Below, piece by piece: positions 61,271 to 64,000 of a stretch of 64,000 nt of DNA. The notes beneath the pieces are model-generated. The model was not told where the DNA came from, ran no database searches, and saw only the letters and a list, made by a program, of their open reading frames with translations. Source of the stretch: Selaginella moellendorffii. Its lineage: Eukaryota; Plantae; Lycopodiophyta. The DNA is taken from positions 2,275,419 to 2,339,418 of the forward strand of contig NW_003314275.1 in NCBI RefSeq assembly GCF_000143415.4, written 5' to 3'. The translations under genes and the position numbers were made by a program. Position 1 is the stretch's first letter, and every line of letters begins with the position of its first letter.

Positions 61271-64000
61271 GCCCTGGGTTCCTACTGTTTGAAAGTTTTT
61301 TTTTGGGCGGGAAAAGTTTAGGGTTCTTCAATTTCATTTTCTAATTGCCTTCCCACAGAGATTTGCCACGGTGGGACAACTGCCACTGGAAACTTTAGGA
61401 TGAGGATTTGATAGTTCTCAGCAAGCCATCAGGATTGCTGGTCCAATACTACTGTCTATGCATTATGATGAAATTATTTTCTTTTCAGGGTGGAAGTGAG
61501 TCTAGTCTTCATGATGAGCTTGGCTCTTCAGTTCGAGTACAAAGAGCCTCCAAGACTGGTACTCTTTTTCTATGAAACGTACAATGATCTTGCTAACAAT
61601 GTAGGCTCATCGTCTCGATGAGTCTTAGGCGGCACTGTGAAGATCCAGAGCTTCTTAATGCTCAAAAGACACATTTCTGTCCTAGGCAAAGACACTTTAT
61701 TAAAGTTACATTCCACCGGAAATACCTAGCTCTAGTGATTGGCGCTCCCATTTCAGCTCCTCTTCTGAAGGTACTACGCTCTCGTTTGATTGCTCACAGA
61801 TGTGAAAGTGTTGCACAGATGGTGCTGGAAGATGGAAAATCCGGGCTAACCCCAAGTCCCAAAACGCGACCCCAGAGTATCAGGTTTTGAAGCGTTGTGA
61901 GGGGACTCTTTTGCGATTGATTTTTTCGCTTGTAATGACCTTCTTTCCCTGTACAGGGCTACAACTACGTCCACATTCATCCAGCTCCGACGTGCACTGT
62001 GCCTTGGAACACGGTGGACCCCAAGACATCAAAGCGAGGGACATCTCCACACAAGGGAGCTTCCCATCTCCCGCCTGCGGAAGAAACCAGGCGCAGTGGA
62101 CTTCGGCCTGGACCCCGAGCGGATGCTGAAACTTGTTAGTTAACTCTCTCGAGGTTGATCAGCACAGGCGTGCGGCGGAAGTATCTGTTCGTGACCAGAA
62201 GCCCAATGTGGTGGAGGTGGTCCCTTTCCAGCTCCTGTACCATTTCCTGATCCTCTCCTGGCCAGTTACCCGAACTTTAACACCACGAAGGCTAAGCGCC
62301 TCTCCCACTTTGTGTCGCTCATCTGAGAATACCACCAGCCTCTTGTAACTTCGAAATAGCTGCTTCCAATATGCTCCACCTTTACCTCCTCGTCGATCGC
62401 CACCTGGTGGAGCTGGCACACACCTTCCAGCGTTACCCTTGCCGGCTCTATCTGCTTGCAGCCTGCAGGTACAGGAGGAGAGTGCACAGAAATAATTGCA
62501 TCCTGATGCCGATACAGAACAGCCTTCACCTGCGAAAAGCAAAGTGGATTTAAAACACGGTGAGAGAGCTGAAATTTAAAGTTGGCATGACCATACCTTA
62601 TGAGCAGGCAGCTTCTCAACCTCCACAACGAGCACCCGGCGCACGTCTCCCACCTCCATGCTCAGGAAGGAGCTGGGTGTCCCAACCAGAACATCACAAC
62701 ACTTACAGCCCATATCCCGAAGGAACGTCCATGAGTTTTATGAGCTGTGCAACCCTGTGCTCTGGAGCCAGCAGTAATGCCGAAGAATCGGTTGCGTCTT
62801 TGTTCTGGACAAGGCATGGTACACATGCCAGCACTCCAGATCAATCCTCGAACACAACCATCATCATGTCACTGAGGTCCCCTGCCTTCCACGCAAAGTT
62901 ATAAAGCCACGAAGAGTTCACGGCCTGGTTAAGCCACCAGCCCACATGGACGGTGAGTTTCTTGCCGTCTTACACGAGCATCTGTCTGAGCTGCGTTATA
63001 AACCCGTTCTAATCTTTCAAGTGTTTTTGCAGAAGCTGCAGCTTGTCCTGGATTGAGTGATATTATCTTCTGAACCGAAGAAACGGGAGCGGACGGAATG
63101 TGTATATGACCAGCGCAGCAAAGGTGCAGCCAAACATTAGGCCTGATAACGCAAACTCACAAGCTTCCTCTTGGGTCGCCAACACAATGTCTAGACCATG
63201 TATCATCCACTCGTGGTGCTTAACGTTAGGCGAGGATACCAGTCACGTGTGGACATTCGAAGGTTTTGAACAGTGGATCCCGTGATAACAAGCACCTTGG
63301 TCATGCCAAAAAACCGCAGCAGCTCCAGGCTCCTGAGAACAAACGGAGTGTTCCCAATATTAGCTGCAAGCACAAATGCAGAGCATATTCTTAGCAAAAA
63401 TCGATCGATCTTATTTGACATACCGCTGATGTACTTCTACACAGTACAAATACTCACGACAGGAACCCGCACCAAGCTTGCAGAATCTGGCGACTAGTGA
63501 AGCAATCGGTGAAGACTGCATCATCGCCGCAGGCTCTGTGCAGAGAAGCAGGACCCGCCATCGCGCTCCTGATGAAAAACGCTGGATCGAGCTGCTGTGT
63601 TAGGTTGGTGGAGTCCGCACTTCCGTTCTTTGCAATGCACTGTGCCCCACGGACTTTCGGCTGCCTTGATGAACACAAATGATGCTTGAGCCATGCCCCC
63701 ATCATTGATGGTATTCGGGTAGCACAGCGACAAACAATTCGGAAGTACACATTTACTAACAAGATGTCTCGAAGTCTCGGACTTCTGCTGCCAGATTCGA
63801 TCTGTCTTACTGTTTTTCTTGCAGGTTGTGGTGACCGACATGTAAGAGAATCATCTGAAACACACCATCTTATTACCAGTGTTGCATTTCCAGCCCAGCT
63901 TATTCAGCATGGACGGAGATTTTGGGCATTGATTGTCCAACTCAGGGACAGATGTAGCTTTCTTCCGGTTTTAGAGGATGATAATCGCTGGCAGCAGTAT

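Noticed and set aside
63454-63762. ACGDDAVF as a viral RdRp GDD motif
   Set aside because: No recognisable motif A or B at suitable spacing, and the ORF is short; likely chance.

Overview
Eukaryotic plant nuclear DNA, gene-dense with very short introns (about 35-90 bp), GC-rich exons and AT-rich degraded-TE gaps. The compact introns and PPR proteins built from 31-aa short repeats point to a lycophyte, most like Selaginella (inference). Apparently intact genes: glyoxal oxidase, RSM22/METTL17-like, complex I subunit NDUFA2/B8, two PLS-E PPR proteins, ATXR5/6, GDT1/TMEM165, CCCH-WD40, PORR protein, LRK10L receptor kinase, core-2/I-branching glycosyltransferase, intronless PLATZ, ABCC transporter, LEA-like protein and a PMEI-PME. 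Damaged copies: a CAMTA truncated before its TIG domain, HisIE/HISN2, SKP2-like F-box and PPR remnants. Mobile DNA: a full-length short-LTR Copia with TSD, a decayed hAT, and two solo LTRs of one family, the younger carrying a G-box/ABRE array. The most unusual item is an intronless gene (41439-42830) pairing an apparently inactivated restriction-endonuclease-like domain with a minimal kinase. That architecture resembles fungal/oomycete Crinkler-type proteins and is a horizontal-transfer candidate. All exon boundaries were read by eye and are approximate.
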